This document shows positions 8,471 to 18,291 of a DNA stretch of 64,000 nucleotides, in pieces. The notes below the pieces were generated by a model. That model did not search any database. It saw only the letters and a list, made by a program, of their open reading frames with translations, and had not been told where the DNA came from. The stretch's first letter is position 1. Every line of letters begins with the position of its first letter. The stretch is taken from the sequence record LC819005.1; one strand, given 5' to 3'. Made by a program: the position numbers and the translations under genes.

Positions 8471-9417
8471 TGACTCGCTTCCTGATTGAGCTCCCACTGC
8501 ATGATGCGGTAGTCGCCCAGATGAAAGATGGAAACGCCCGGTCCGTGCGTGGGGAACGCGTAATACATATCGTAACCCCGTGACGGATGCAGCGAACGTT
8601 CAGCCAGATCGCGCGTTTGCGGGAAGTGCGCCGTCATGATCCGCTCCAGGTGCATCGCCAGTTCGTTCAGAATACCCTGAACCGGCTTCTTGTCCCAGAA
8701 CTCCTGACGGATGCGATTCTCACCTTCGATCGCACGCGCGTCGTAGCCCGCCATACCGTATTCGCGCGGCACGTCTTTGCCCTGCAGACGATACCGGGTC
8801 TGCTCGCCACCCACGTCTTCGTACATCAGACGCAGATCGCCCGACAATTCTGGCAGTTCTTGCGCCACCAGCTTGTCCAGATCCAGATACTTCTGCAGGA
8901 AATGCTGCGTCGCCGGACGGTACAGCGTCGTCCACGACTGATCGACGTTCAGCGACCACGTGAAGAAGTCCGCCACCAGATCACACAGGGCCGGGTTCGT
9001 CATGAAGTCGTACACGCGATCATTCCACACGTGCGAGATCTGCGGGTCACTGAAGAGCGGATAGGTCCCGCCCACGCGATGGATGTCACCCGAGGGCAGA
9101 TCTTCACCTGCAAACGGATTGAACGGCAGGATCGTGCCGTCGTGCACTGCCATGTACTGCCAGTCGTCACGGAAGAGCAAAGCGCCGCTCGGCGTCTTGA
9201 TCACTTCCAGTCGCGGGTTGAAGGCCAGCACGTTTTCCAAACACGTGGCGATCGGGTCAGCGACATTCATGAGGGAGGTGTAAGCTAGATTCGATCCGAA
9301 CTTGTGCAACGCGCTAGCGCGGTGACAGTAGTATGCGATATCGATGAAGCTCAAGTCTCGATTCGAAAGCAAGGTCTGCGGAACCGAGGTAGGGGAAGAG
9401 TTTGTTTGATCCGACAT
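8467..9417 (-). CDS. Hypothetical protein (~316 aa; start uncertain)
   Basis: ORF track with biased codon usage; start placed at MSDQTN. Confidence 0.7.
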   Translation of the reverse strand: MSDQTNSSPTSVPQTLLSNRDLSFIDIAYYCHRASALHKFGSNLAYTSLMNVADPIATCLENVLAFNPRLEVIKTPSGALLFRDDWQYMAVHDGTILPFNPFAGEDLPSGDIHRVGGTYPLFSDPQISHVWNDRVYDFMTNPALCDLVADFFTWSLNVDQSWTTLYRPATQHFLQKYLDLDKLVAQELPELSGDLRLMYEDVGGEQTRYRLQGKDVPREYGMAGYDARAIEGENRIRQEFWDKKPVQGILNELAMHLERIMTAHFPQTRDLAERSLHPSRGYDMYYAFPTHGPGVSIFHLGDYRIMQWELNQEASQ

Positions 9418-9673
9418 CTTCTTGAAGTGTGTAGGTTTCCTCGCCCTCAATGCGGCGATAGTTCGAGCGCACAAGTGTCGCAAGCGGTTCCATCCTCGGA
9501 TCATACGGAGGGTCAAGGTCCACCAGCATCACATCTTCTATCGCTCGGGCGATGATATATGTCAGCCACTGTTCAAGTGGGATCGTGCTCGTATCCACAC
9601 TGAAAAGAGATAGGTCTCGACAGATCTGCTCGATGATCTCTTTTGCAGTAAAGGCTATTCGGAGCTGAGACAT
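9314..9673 (-). CDS. Hypothetical protein (119 aa)
   Basis: Start MSQLRI preceded by the purine-rich AAAGGGAGAG; first gene after the phuZ terminator. Confidence 0.65.
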   Translation of the reverse strand: MSQLRIAFTAKEIIEQICRDLSLFSVDTSTIPLEQWLTYIIARAIEDVMLVDLDPPYDPRMEPLATLVRSNYRRIEGEETYTLQEDVGSNKLFPYLGSADLAFESRLELHRYRILLSPR

Positions 9674-9796
9674 CAGGGCTCTCCCTTTAGTCGTACATAC
9701 AAAAGCCACGGCGATAAAAAACAACTTGCGGCATAGCGACCCCTCCCCGGACCGCGCGAGCGGCCTGGAGAGGGGTTTAAAGCCGCCTGAGGGCTA

Positions 9797-10816
9797 TTAC
9801 TCGGCGAGGAACCCACCAACGAGTTCTTCGTCACCGTCCAGCACTTCGCTCTGGGTGGTGAAAGCCGCCGCCGTCTTTTCCATTTCGGCGAGGATACCCT
9901 TCAGTCGCGCCGAGATGCCGTTGAACGGGAACGCCTTCGTCACCAGATGGATCGGAGCCTGTTCCGTGATTTCCGTTTCGATGCCAGACGGCAGCACGCC
10001 GTAGCAGGTGTACGGAATCACGAAGTCGATGCCGCGCGCGTCCTTGTTCACGACCGCCGACGCTGCGGTGATCGTGTCCTTGTGCTCTTCGGCATCGAGC
10101 TTGCCCGCGAACGCTTCCAGACCGGCTGCATGTGCCTTGAACGAGGTCATGCGGTCGAAGTTCAGGAAGTTGTACATGTCGCGGGTGTCCAGGCCTTCGT
10201 TCTGGCGCGAGAACAGCACGGAGATCGCAACCACCAGTTCGTTGATCTTCTGATCGACGGTCGACGGCGGCGTTTCCTTGTTGTTTTCGAAGTACGCGAC
10301 CGAGATCGACTTCTTGTTCGCAGCGACCAGACCTTCGAACGTCTTGAACGTGGCGAGCGTGTTCTTGATCTCGGTGCCCGAGTCCAGCACGCCGACGGTG
10401 ATGGCGATCACCAGTTCGTCTTGCGCGAGCAGTTCGTTGATCACCGCAGCTGCCATCGGCGAACCTGTGCCGCCCGAGGCCGATGCGAGCACGATGTTGA
10501 TGTAGCCGGGCTTGTGCTTTTGCAGCATGTCCTTCGCGTGCTTGAGCATCGCTTGCGAAAGGTGTTTGCGTTCCTTGCCCGCGCCGTCCGGCTCTTTGCC
10601 CGCCGGATCGGTCTTCGGCAGACGGTAGATCTTCTCAGCCGGCAGACTCGGCTTCAGGTTCGAGCCCGACGAGTCCATGTAGACGACGTCGATCGTCGCC
10701 ATGCCCGGTTCGACGTGGGTGCGATAGTTCTCGAAGTTCGAGCCGATGTTGATACCGGCACCACCGCAGGCATACAGCTTGATGCTGCCCAGTTCGGGGG
10801 CTTTGACTTGTTCCAT
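9797..10816 (-). CDS. phuZ: PhuZ tubulin-like spindle protein
   Basis: LYACGGAGINIG T1 loop, ASGGTGSP tubulin signature, LDTRDMYNFL T7-like loop, acidic C-terminal tail; 339 aa. Confidence 0.93.
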   Translation of the reverse strand: MEQVKAPELGSIKLYACGGAGINIGSNFENYRTHVEPGMATIDVVYMDSSGSNLKPSLPAEKIYRLPKTDPAGKEPDGAGKERKHLSQAMLKHAKDMLQKHKPGYINIVLASASGGTGSPMAAAVINELLAQDELVIAITVGVLDSGTEIKNTLATFKTFEGLVAANKKSISVAYFENNKETPPSTVDQKINELVVAISVLFSRQNEGLDTRDMYNFLNFDRMTSFKAHAAGLEAFAGKLDAEEHKDTITAASAVVNKDARGIDFVIPYTCYGVLPSGIETEITEQAPIHLVTKAFPFNGISARLKGILAEMEKTAAAFTTQSEVLDGDEELVGGFLAE

Positions 10817-10902
10817 GATGTTTTCCCTTTAAAGCGTGGTTATAAAAAAGAAAAATGCCCGACTGCTCTCGTAACACACAAGAACATGCCGGGCTGTAAA
10901 AG

Positions 10903-11838
10903 TTAATCGACTTTCGATGCAGGTGTATCGACTTCAGCCGGCTTGTCGTCGATACGCACGACACCGAGTTCAGCGAGTTGTGCTCCACGACTCAAATCCA
11001 TCGGATCGCTCATGGACTTATCGGGTGCGACACGAACCACCACACCCTTCGAGCCATCCGTGGAATGCAGCACCAGCGGAGCCGGTTTAGCGTCACCCAG
11101 TTCGCTGGCGGTTACTTCCGGAGCCAGGTCGAGCGGCTGAATAGCCGTTGCTTCATCCCACACAGCTTTAGCAGCTGCGTCGCCGGCGCGGATCTTCATT
11201 TCCGCGTCAAGCAGAACTTCGTCGAACTTGTGGTTCGGACGCTCGACCACACCGCTGAACATCTGGAAGCGTGAGCGCATTTCACCGCCGGAACCGGCGA
11301 ACGGATCAAGCGCCAGATCCATCAGACGCGGATCAGACTTGACACCCGCTTCGCGACAATTCTTCGTCAGCTCCGCATGCTTGGCTGTGACTTCTTCTGC
11401 GCTACCGGCCAGAGGAACCGGCGGAATCACACCGAAATGAAGATCGCTCGATACGCTAAGCGACGCGATGTGTTCGTGGTGCATAGCTTCGCGAAGATCT
11501 TCGTCGTGAATCAGTTCATGACCTGCCGGAACTGCGCTGCCGAACAGACCCATCAACGCCGATACGCCTTCATTCACAACTTCCGGTGCTTGCGCTGCCT
11601 TCGTCACCGTTTCGGTAACTTCTGCGACAGCCGCGTCACGCATCTGTTGCGAGCGCTTGTTGACCAGCTTGAAGTGAGCTTCACGGCGTTCTTGTTCGCG
11701 CCGCACCTTGGCAGCTTCCTTCAGTCGACGCTTCTGCACGCCCTTGTTCGTGAACTTGGCATGGGTCGCGCCAGCTGCGATAGCTTCGTCGATTTGACCC
11801 TTCGTGATCTTGACATTCAGGAGTTTAGCTTGCGTCAT
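10903..11838 (-). CDS. Hypothetical protein (311 aa), basic N-terminus and low-complexity C-terminus; probable early gene
   Basis: SD AAGGAA before ATG; upstream CATATTAC motif at 11931-11938. Confidence 0.75.
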   Translation of the reverse strand: MTQAKLLNVKITKGQIDEAIAAGATHAKFTNKGVQKRRLKEAAKVRREQERREAHFKLVNKRSQQMRDAAVAEVTETVTKAAQAPEVVNEGVSALMGLFGSAVPAGHELIHDEDLREAMHHEHIASLSVSSDLHFGVIPPVPLAGSAEEVTAKHAELTKNCREAGVKSDPRLMDLALDPFAGSGGEMRSRFQMFSGVVERPNHKFDEVLLDAEMKIRAGDAAAKAVWDEATAIQPLDLAPEVTASELGDAKPAPLVLHSTDGSKGVVVRVAPDKSMSDPMDLSRGAQLAELGVVRIDDKPAEVDTPASKVD

Positions 11839-11930
11839 GATTTATTCCTTTTCGTGGTGATTGGGATTGACCCGATAAGATTGCGGTAATGTTGTAGAAA
11901 ACAACCCACACGTTGCTTAGGTTCAGATAA

Positions 11931-11938
11931 GTAATATG
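11931..11938 (-). promoter_or_regulatory. TATTAC-type early promoter-like motif
   Basis: CATATTAC on the minus strand; the same 8-mer recurs upstream of minus-strand genes at 35361, 38437 and 62112; phiKZ early consensus is TATTAC. Confidence 0.5.
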
Positions 11939-12214
11939 TGGATAACATCAGCTTCATTTGAGCGATGGTTTTCTCTGAGCGTCGCGATCTCTATGGTCAC
12001 GGCAGGTTACCAAAGTGATGCCTGGATGGCACCGATTAACTTTTGGTTTATGAAACTCACAACACTGCACGCCTATGGCTACCGTGTGTGAGTGAACCGG
12101 TTATCTGAAAGAAGTGATTGCCGAGTGAGTTCGCTCTCCTCGGAATCGCAATCTCCTTTCCTTCTCTGACCTGTTTGCTCCTCACGAGCACTACAACGCG
12201 AAAAGAGATTGAAC

Positions 12215-13024
12215 ATGAATGCCCTTCGCAAAGCGCTGGACGAAATCAAATTCGTTATCCCGCGCTCGATCCTCGATACTGTTTTCATCAAGCGCCACAC
12301 CAACTTCCGGGTGGCTTTGGCACCGACGAGTCTGGATGACCAGATCCTCTCTGCCGTGATTCGTCCACGTGTCTATATCGACACCAACCTCGTGGGCGGT
12401 GCTGAAATCCTCGTCTCTCTGGAAGGTCTGGACGGCGATGAAGTCAACACCACCGACATGGTGTACCGTATCCCGAAGAACCGTACGCAGAATCGCTCCA
12501 TCATGAGCGTGCTCAACGTGACCTACGTCGACGCACAATCGATGGCGGCCGCTGGGCAGTACGCGTCCTGCGGGGTATCGGCTGAGCAAAGCGTAGCACA
12601 GCAGCTGCTTGACGCTGTCTCGCCCCTGCCACTGATCTCCACCGGCCGTATCACCTTGATCGGTGAGAACGTCGTGTTGATCCGTGACTCGATCCGTATT
12701 CCTTCCAACAGCTATCTGCGTTGTATCATTGCGCACGATGAGGCGATGAGCCACATCCAGCCGCGAAGCTACAAGGCGTTCTGCAAGCTGGTGGAATACG
12801 CGGTCAAGTCCTACATCTACAACGAGTACATCGTTGAGATGGACATGGGTGAGCTGCGTGGTGGTCACAACCTCGGCAAGTTCAAGGACATCATCGAAGG
12901 TTACTCGGACGCCGAGGAACTCTACGAGACGTACCTGGCTGAGAAGTGGCAGAAGATCGCCTTCCAGAATGACCGCGAGTCGCATGGTCGCTGGATGAAG
13001 CTGATCATCGGTGGCCCGCGCTAA
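12215..13024 (+). CDS. Conserved phiKZ-like virion structural/morphogenesis protein (269 aa)
   Basis: MNALRKALDEIKFVIPRSIL...GGHNLGKFKDIIEGYSDAEELY pattern recalled from phiKZ-like phages; ATG at 12215. Confidence 0.7.
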   Translation: MNALRKALDEIKFVIPRSILDTVFIKRHTNFRVALAPTSLDDQILSAVIRPRVYIDTNLVGGAEILVSLEGLDGDEVNTTDMVYRIPKNRTQNRSIMSVLNVTYVDAQSMAAAGQYASCGVSAEQSVAQQLLDAVSPLPLISTGRITLIGENVVLIRDSIRIPSNSYLRCIIAHDEAMSHIQPRSYKAFCKLVEYAVKSYIYNEYIVEMDMGELRGGHNLGKFKDIIEGYSDAEELYETYLAEKWQKIAFQNDRESHGRWMKLIIGGPR

Positions 13025-13025
13025 G

Positions 13026-13086
13026 CAAAAAAAAAGAAGCAACATAGAAGCGGAGTGGGCGCAAGCCCACTCCGCTCTTTATGCCG
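13026..13086. terminator. Bidirectional terminator with flanking TATG motifs
   Basis: A-tract, AACATAG, 12-bp stem AGCGGAGTGGGC-GCAA-GCCCACTCCGCT, then CTTTATGCCG; lies between convergent genes. Confidence 0.85.
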
Positions 13087-13088
13087 TA

Positions 13089-13295
13089 TTACCACTGGTC
13101 TCGATAAACCCGACCGATATAACGATGAAACACGGATCGCGCATGAGCCGGCCAGTTGTTCCGGTAACCCCACCAACTATCGGTATAAAGCGCGAGGAGA
13201 AGGCGCTCGTGTTCGACAGAATCAATCCGGGAGTGATGTTCTTCTCCGTACTCATCAATGATGGTCACCATAGACGGCTCAAACACGATATGCAT
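13089..13295 (-). CDS. Small hypothetical protein (68 aa)
   Basis: Fills the gap between the 13306 gene and the terminator; Trp/Arg-rich C-terminus. Confidence 0.5.
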   Translation of the reverse strand: MHIVFEPSMVTIIDEYGEEHHSRIDSVEHERLLLALYTDSWWGYRNNWPAHARSVFHRYIGRVYRDQW

Positions 13296-13305
13296 ATCGT
13301 ACTCC

Positions 13306-13878
13306 TTAGAGCTCTTCGACGGTTTCGTCTGCCATCAACCACGGCGGCAGCTTACCCAGGACGGCATGTTCTTCGAACTTGAACATGATGTACCCTTCCT
13401 GACTGGCGACCACGATCGTCACCGCACGATCCTTGCCGTAATACTTGCGCAAGTGCTGCACGTTAATAAACGCCTGGTGCGGGCCACCTTCTGCACCACC
13501 CGACACACGTGCATCGGGAGTAGCCATCACCAGGGCTTTCTCGGTGCGCAGCGAACGATACTGCGTAAGCAGTTCCAGCAGGTTCTTGGTGCCCGCGCAG
13601 TAGATCTGGTTCTCGTCGTGCGTACGGAACTGCGCGTGACCCAGACTGATGGCCGATTCATTGATCTCGTCGAGCGTGCTCTGCTTGACGAAGGACATGA
13701 TCTGGCCATGTACGGCGTAGAACACTCGGGCACTGAGGATGTCCGAGTGGGTTTCAGTCATGCGGTGAAAGGGCTTCAACCGCTTGGTCAGATCGGTAAC
13801 GATCTCGTTGGCCTGGTCATCCAGTTGGGAAGTGATGGGGTCAAGCGCCTGGGCTAGACGCTTCTGAATCGGTGTCAT
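13306..13878 (-). CDS. Hypothetical protein (190 aa)
   Basis: ORF track; start overlaps the upstream stop. Confidence 0.7.
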   Translation of the reverse strand: MTPIQKRLAQALDPITSQLDDQANEIVTDLTKRLKPFHRMTETHSDILSARVFYAVHGQIMSFVKQSTLDEINESAISLGHAQFRTHDENQIYCAGTKNLLELLTQYRSLRTEKALVMATPDARVSGGAEGGPHQAFINVQHLRKYYGKDRAVTIVVASQEGYIMFKFEEHAVLGKLPPWLMADETVEEL

Positions 13879-14420
13879 GGTTTGTCTGTCTTAATCGAGA
13901 AGTAGCTTGTGACAACACAGTGAGGATCGCCCACTGGTCCAAACTCGTGTACGACAGCCAGCGAATGCGTGGTGGTCCCCTCGCAGGTGCATGGGCTGTA
14001 GTAGTACGAAATCTTGTCTGCCTTGATTCCACCTAAGGTGGAGAGAAGATCGAGCACCGTGTGCTCGCCGCCTTCGTCAAACGAGGCGTCCCGGACAGCC
14101 GGGAGAATCTCCTTCAAGGTAGTCTCCTTGTCACGCGTGCAGTGTGCGTGAACAAAGCGAAGACAAGGCTTTTCGTCCTTCGGGCTTTTGGAGTACGCGA
14201 TCAGTCGCACATCACACGTGGACTGACGCTTACCCTTACCCATGTACACCTTCTTCGACTTGTACCGCACGATCGGAAGCATGAATGGTTCAGACGGATC
14301 ATTCAACACTTCCGGGGGTGGCTGCTCGTATGACTTGAAAACCTCCTTGAGAGAGACTGCGATGGCGGTGAAGCCTTTGTTGGCCTCCTTGGGAAAATCC
14401 TTGCTGATGGAAACTTTCAT
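13875..14420 (-). CDS. Hypothetical protein (181 aa), Cys/His-containing
   Basis: Start MKVSISK follows a terminator hairpin at ~14430-14470. Confidence 0.65.
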   Translation of the reverse strand: MKVSISKDFPKEANKGFTAIAVSLKEVFKSYEQPPPEVLNDPSEPFMLPIVRYKSKKVYMGKGKRQSTCDVRLIAYSKSPKDEKPCLRFVHAHCTRDKETTLKEILPAVRDASFDEGGEHTVLDLLSTLGGIKADKISYYYSPCTCEGTTTHSLAVVHEFGPVGDPHCVVTSYFSIKTDKP

Positions 14421-14488
14421 GACAAAAATAAAAGAGGCAGGCCACAGCCAGCACACTCCCGAAGGAGTGGCTGGCATATGTTCAATTG

Positions 14489-15031
14489 TTATTTGAACAA
14501 GGAATTGATACCAGTCTTGGGTTTGACCAGGTCAACATCGTCAATCGTGATTTCCCAGCACAGCTGGTCTTCCACATCGACGTCCTTGAGCTTCACATAG
14601 ATGCCGAACACGTTCGTACCGCTGTTGTGGTTGCGGTAGATACCCGCGAACGTTTCAAGCGACTCCATGTGCTTGACGATAAAGTCGAGGATGGGCTTCA
14701 TGAAGTCCTTGGTGAGGACTACCACGTCGCCATGCGCCCAAGCCTTACCGCCGACAAAGCTTTGCTTCAGCATCGAAGCGAGTTGTGTCGCACGAACTTC
14801 ACGCAGGGGTTCCTTGTTACGCAAGGTTTTGCCCTGCACCATTTCCGAGAGAGGAATGAAGTCCAGGTTGTAATTCAGATAGCCGTTGCGCGAGAAGAGC
14901 GCTTGGCGCTTGCTGTCCGCAAAGCCTTGTTCAAAACGGAAGTGTTCGCCGAACAGGTTCGCAGCTGCATACGCTGCGTGGTTAGCTTCCTTCGTAACGG
15001 CTTTGATTGCGGAGCGGGAAATTGTCTTCAT
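14489..15031 (-). CDS. Hypothetical protein (180 aa)
   Basis: Start at MKTISRS. Confidence 0.7.
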   Translation of the reverse strand: MKTISRSAIKAVTKEANHAAYAAANLFGEHFRFEQGFADSKRQALFSRNGYLNYNLDFIPLSEMVQGKTLRNKEPLREVRATQLASMLKQSFVGGKAWAHGDVVVLTKDFMKPILDFIVKHMESLETFAGIYRNHNSGTNVFGIYVKLKDVDVEDQLCWEITIDDVDLVKPKTGINSLFK

Positions 15032-15278
15032 CTCGTTGCTTAATTTAGAGTTAGTGTACAGTGAGTCTATGCGTAGCATAGCTCAGATCGGTCATATGTG
15101 GTTGAAACTTTTTTCACTTCACAACGACAAGGTACGGCCTACTGACTCTCAGATCAATCTGCAACAAAATAAAAAAAGCCTTAGCGGCACAAAAAAAAAA
15201 TACTCCGACACTGGCGTCTTTCGACGCCGAGTGTCGAGAGCTAAGGTACTACCTACAGCGAACGGGGGGGAGTACGTG

Positions 15279-15788
15279 CTATTCTTCAGTAAAGGTCAAG
15301 ATGCAATTGAGCTTCACCGAGTTGAACTCGTCCATCACCGTGATGGCGCGCGTACCGTCGATGCCCACGTAATGGTAGTAACGTGTGTACGGCGGCAGGG
15401 TCGCTGCAAAGTTCGCAATCGCTCGGAGACGCCACGAGATCAACGGGCTTCCTTCGCTATTGGCCAACTGTTGCAGTTGCAGGATCGTAATCTCGCAGGC
15501 AGGATTCGAATCAGCTGCAAACCACGGGTAGTCCAGGCAACCCACCGAAACGTCCAGCACCGATTGGCCTCGGTAGATGAACTTTTCATGGATGCCTTCT
15601 CCGTTGTAGGAGTCGACTGCGTTATTGAAAACGCGATAGAAGATCTCGGGGCTGTTCGCGTCGATCAGGCCCAAGGCCATGTCACGATAGCGCGTGTACA
15701 TGGAGAACGAGGTTTCCGGATTCACGCGCTGCGAGAATTGCGCGTTAGGGAACGGATTGAAAGCATTTGGAACTGTAGCGGTCAACAT
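15279..15788 (-). CDS. Hypothetical protein (169 aa)
   Basis: SD GAGGAA before MLTATVP; terminator hairpin at ~15203-15240 downstream. Confidence 0.7.
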   Translation of the reverse strand: MLTATVPNAFNPFPNAQFSQRVNPETSFSMYTRYRDMALGLIDANSPEIFYRVFNNAVDSYNGEGIHEKFIYRGQSVLDVSVGCLDYPWFAADSNPACEITILQLQQLANSEGSPLISWRLRAIANFAATLPPYTRYYHYVGIDGTRAITVMDEFNSVKLNCILTFTEE

Positions 15789-16459
15789 GGTATTCCTCAC
15801 CTGTGGTCGGTATGGTCAAGCGGTTTAAGGCTTTAGCCTCTTATTCCTGCTGCGCTATGGCCACGCACGCAGCTTCGCGGTCCTGACATACTTGCACTTC
15901 AAAGAACCCCAATTTCCCGTACTCTACAATGAACCTGTGTGTTTAGGCACACGGCACTACGTCCTGGGTGGGCTAGCTGCTCCCGTAAGGTCTCGTACCA
16001 GGGTATCGTGCATTCACTGTCTTTCACCACTTTTATTGTCCAGCTTTATTGCTGACCTATGGTGTTACAAGAGCGGTACACTGTGCGAAGCTTAATTCTT
16101 CGCATTTGGGAGAATCGAAGGATGGTTTCAATAGAGCGGTCTTATTGGTAAAATGTAATCATCGTAGCTCATCCTCAACTAGGTGAATCTACTGCGCTTT
16201 AGGGTTGGTTAGGGTTAAGGGAAGGTTCGTACTGTTTCGTGAAGGGCCCCAGGTGAAAGGTTAGACGGAAATTTTGCGCATAAAGCGAGGAAAAAGAGTG
16301 GTATCCATGAAGACACGCTACAAGGAAGAGCGGAGTTAATGGATACCACGAAGCCTGTTTGTCTTACTCAACATCGCAAAGCCAGCACCTCGCTTCATGC
16401 TCTGCAATGGATACATGGATGTAGTAAAAAAACTCTATTCGCCATGTCTACCGAGTATT

Positions 16460-17077
16460 TCAAACGATCACCCAGTCCAGACGGGTGTAATACGAGAGCA
16501 CGCTCGGCGTAATCAACGCGAGCGAAATCACGATCCCACTCGGACCATGAGAGCATGCAAAGGTATGCACGCGCACTGTGTTCTTGACGGCCTTCAGGAA
16601 AGCGATGATTTCAAGCAGCACGGGCAGTGCATCCTGGCCAGACTTGAGTTTGGCACCTGCCCACTTGTGATTCTCGTTTTCCAGAGAGTCTTCCAGATAT
16701 GCCACAACGTTTGCAACAGGCTGCGTGGTGTTGCTCGCTTCGTCCTGGAAACATTGCTGGAAGATCTTGCGCTCGTCAGCCGTGGTCGGCTGAACCGCGA
16801 AGTTAAAGCCCTGATCATCGTCGATGTCGCGCAGGCTTTCCTGAATGACGTAACGGTTGTTGGCTTTGCGCGTGTAGTGCGTCAGGTGGTATTCAAACAC
16901 CCCTGGGTCACACAGCCGCGTAATCTTGGCGCAAGCACGATGCAATTGCTTCGTAAGCTCCGCCATTGCCTTGGGATAAAAGCGTCGACCATAGCGCTCT
17001 ACAAACGCTACATCCGAGTCTTCCATGACGCCACCGTATGGTTTAAACCACAGGTGCAAGGTATCATTCTCAGTCAT
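16460..17077 (-). CDS. Hypothetical protein (205 aa)
   Basis: ORF track; start at MTENDT. Confidence 0.65.
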   Translation of the reverse strand: MTENDTLHLWFKPYGGVMEDSDVAFVERYGRRFYPKAMAELTKQLHRACAKITRLCDPGVFEYHLTHYTRKANNRYVIQESLRDIDDDQGFNFAVQPTTADERKIFQQCFQDEASNTTQPVANVVAYLEDSLENENHKWAGAKLKSGQDALPVLLEIIAFLKAVKNTVRVHTFACSHGPSGIVISLALITPSVLSYYTRLDWVIV

Positions 17078-17673
17078 GATGTGTTGTTTCCAAAAAGTCG
17101 ATTTCAATCTGGCACAAGCTGCCTCTCGCTTGCGGCTGATATTGTTTTCATAGTACCGAACGACCCTTATACTTGTTACCGTCGAAGTCCGTGCTAATGG
17201 ACAGAAAAGACTCCTGCCTCATAGAAGAACCGTAAAACACGTCGTAACGGCATAAAGGGGAGGTCTAGCCTCCCCAGAGTGTAGGTTAGATCAGCTAGAG
17301 TAGTTTTATACCCTATCTATTGATCTTGTGTATGCTAAAACGCTACTTGTAAGCTTGGTGGGCCTTCGGCCCCACCTGCGCCTATGCTGGTATGTTGGAT
17401 CACCTTCGATGATGAGACTATCATCATGCTCACAGTCTGACGCACGTTGGCGTCAGCCTGGAATAGATAGTCACCTAACACTAAGTTATTTCCTCAACCC
17501 TAGCGCAGCTCACTTCTATCCCCTCAATCAGTGTATTCACTCCTGACCACACTGATCAAAACATAGGGGTCAGACTGTAAAAAAGTTAAAAGCCTTGAGT
17601 GAATCGTATGTCTGAGTCTTTTCCTTATGAGAGCGAGAAGCTCAATCGTACAACCAACTTGTGGTGAGTCATC

Positions 17674-18291
17674 ATGAAGAGTTTCATGTCTGCAGCTTTG
17701 CAGAACACCGAACCGACCCAGAGTGTGAAGAACGCTCCTGCTGCTGAATGCAGCGACTGTGGTAACACCAAAGCCACTGCCACCGCAGGGGGTCTGGAGT
17801 CGACCGAACAACAACCGGCTCAGCCGGATCAACAACAGCAGCAACAGAGTCAGGAGAATGCCGTCGTGGTCATGCAAGGTCCCCTGGGCACCGCTATCAC
17901 GGAAGCCCTGAACAAGTCCCTCTCGAAGAAGAACATCGCGCAACCGGTACAAGTGCCGGGCGTGGGTACGGAGTCGCTCACGACCGAGTACGTGCAGGCC
18001 AATGGCCAGATCAACAACCCGACGCAGCTCTTCTCGAAGATCAGCAAAGCTGTTGGCCTCGTGCCCGCCGTGGACAGCAAGCCCACCGCGATCAACACGA
18101 TGCTCGATGCAGCCAGCAAGGTCGACGACATCGACTTCATCATGGTCGAGCGCGTCGATGACGCCAGCCCCTCGTCCGCAGTCGTGCCGCAAAAGAGCGA
18201 AATGCAGATCATGTACCCGGGCAACGACGCATGCGAAGGCATTGCGATCGAGTCGGTGCAAATGGTCATCACGTATCGCCGCAAGGGATAA
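17674..18291 (+). CDS. phiKZ-like virion (head-associated) protein with low-complexity N-terminus
   Basis: VVMQGPLGTAITEALNK core recalled from phiKZ-like structural proteins; poly-Gln linker; G-L-E and A-I-E protease-like sites. Confidence 0.6.
   Translation: MKSFMSAALQNTEPTQSVKNAPAAECSDCGNTKATATAGGLESTEQQPAQPDQQQQQQSQENAVVVMQGPLGTAITEALNKSLSKKNIAQPVQVPGVGTESLTTEYVQANGQINNPTQLFSKISKAVGLVPAVDSKPTAINTMLDAASKVDDIDFIMVERVDDASPSSAVVPQKSEMQIMYPGNDACEGIAIESVQMVITYRRKG

Noticed and set aside
16198-16220. Telomerase-template-like AACCCTAACC
   Set aside because: No reverse transcriptase or other context; a short low-complexity match.
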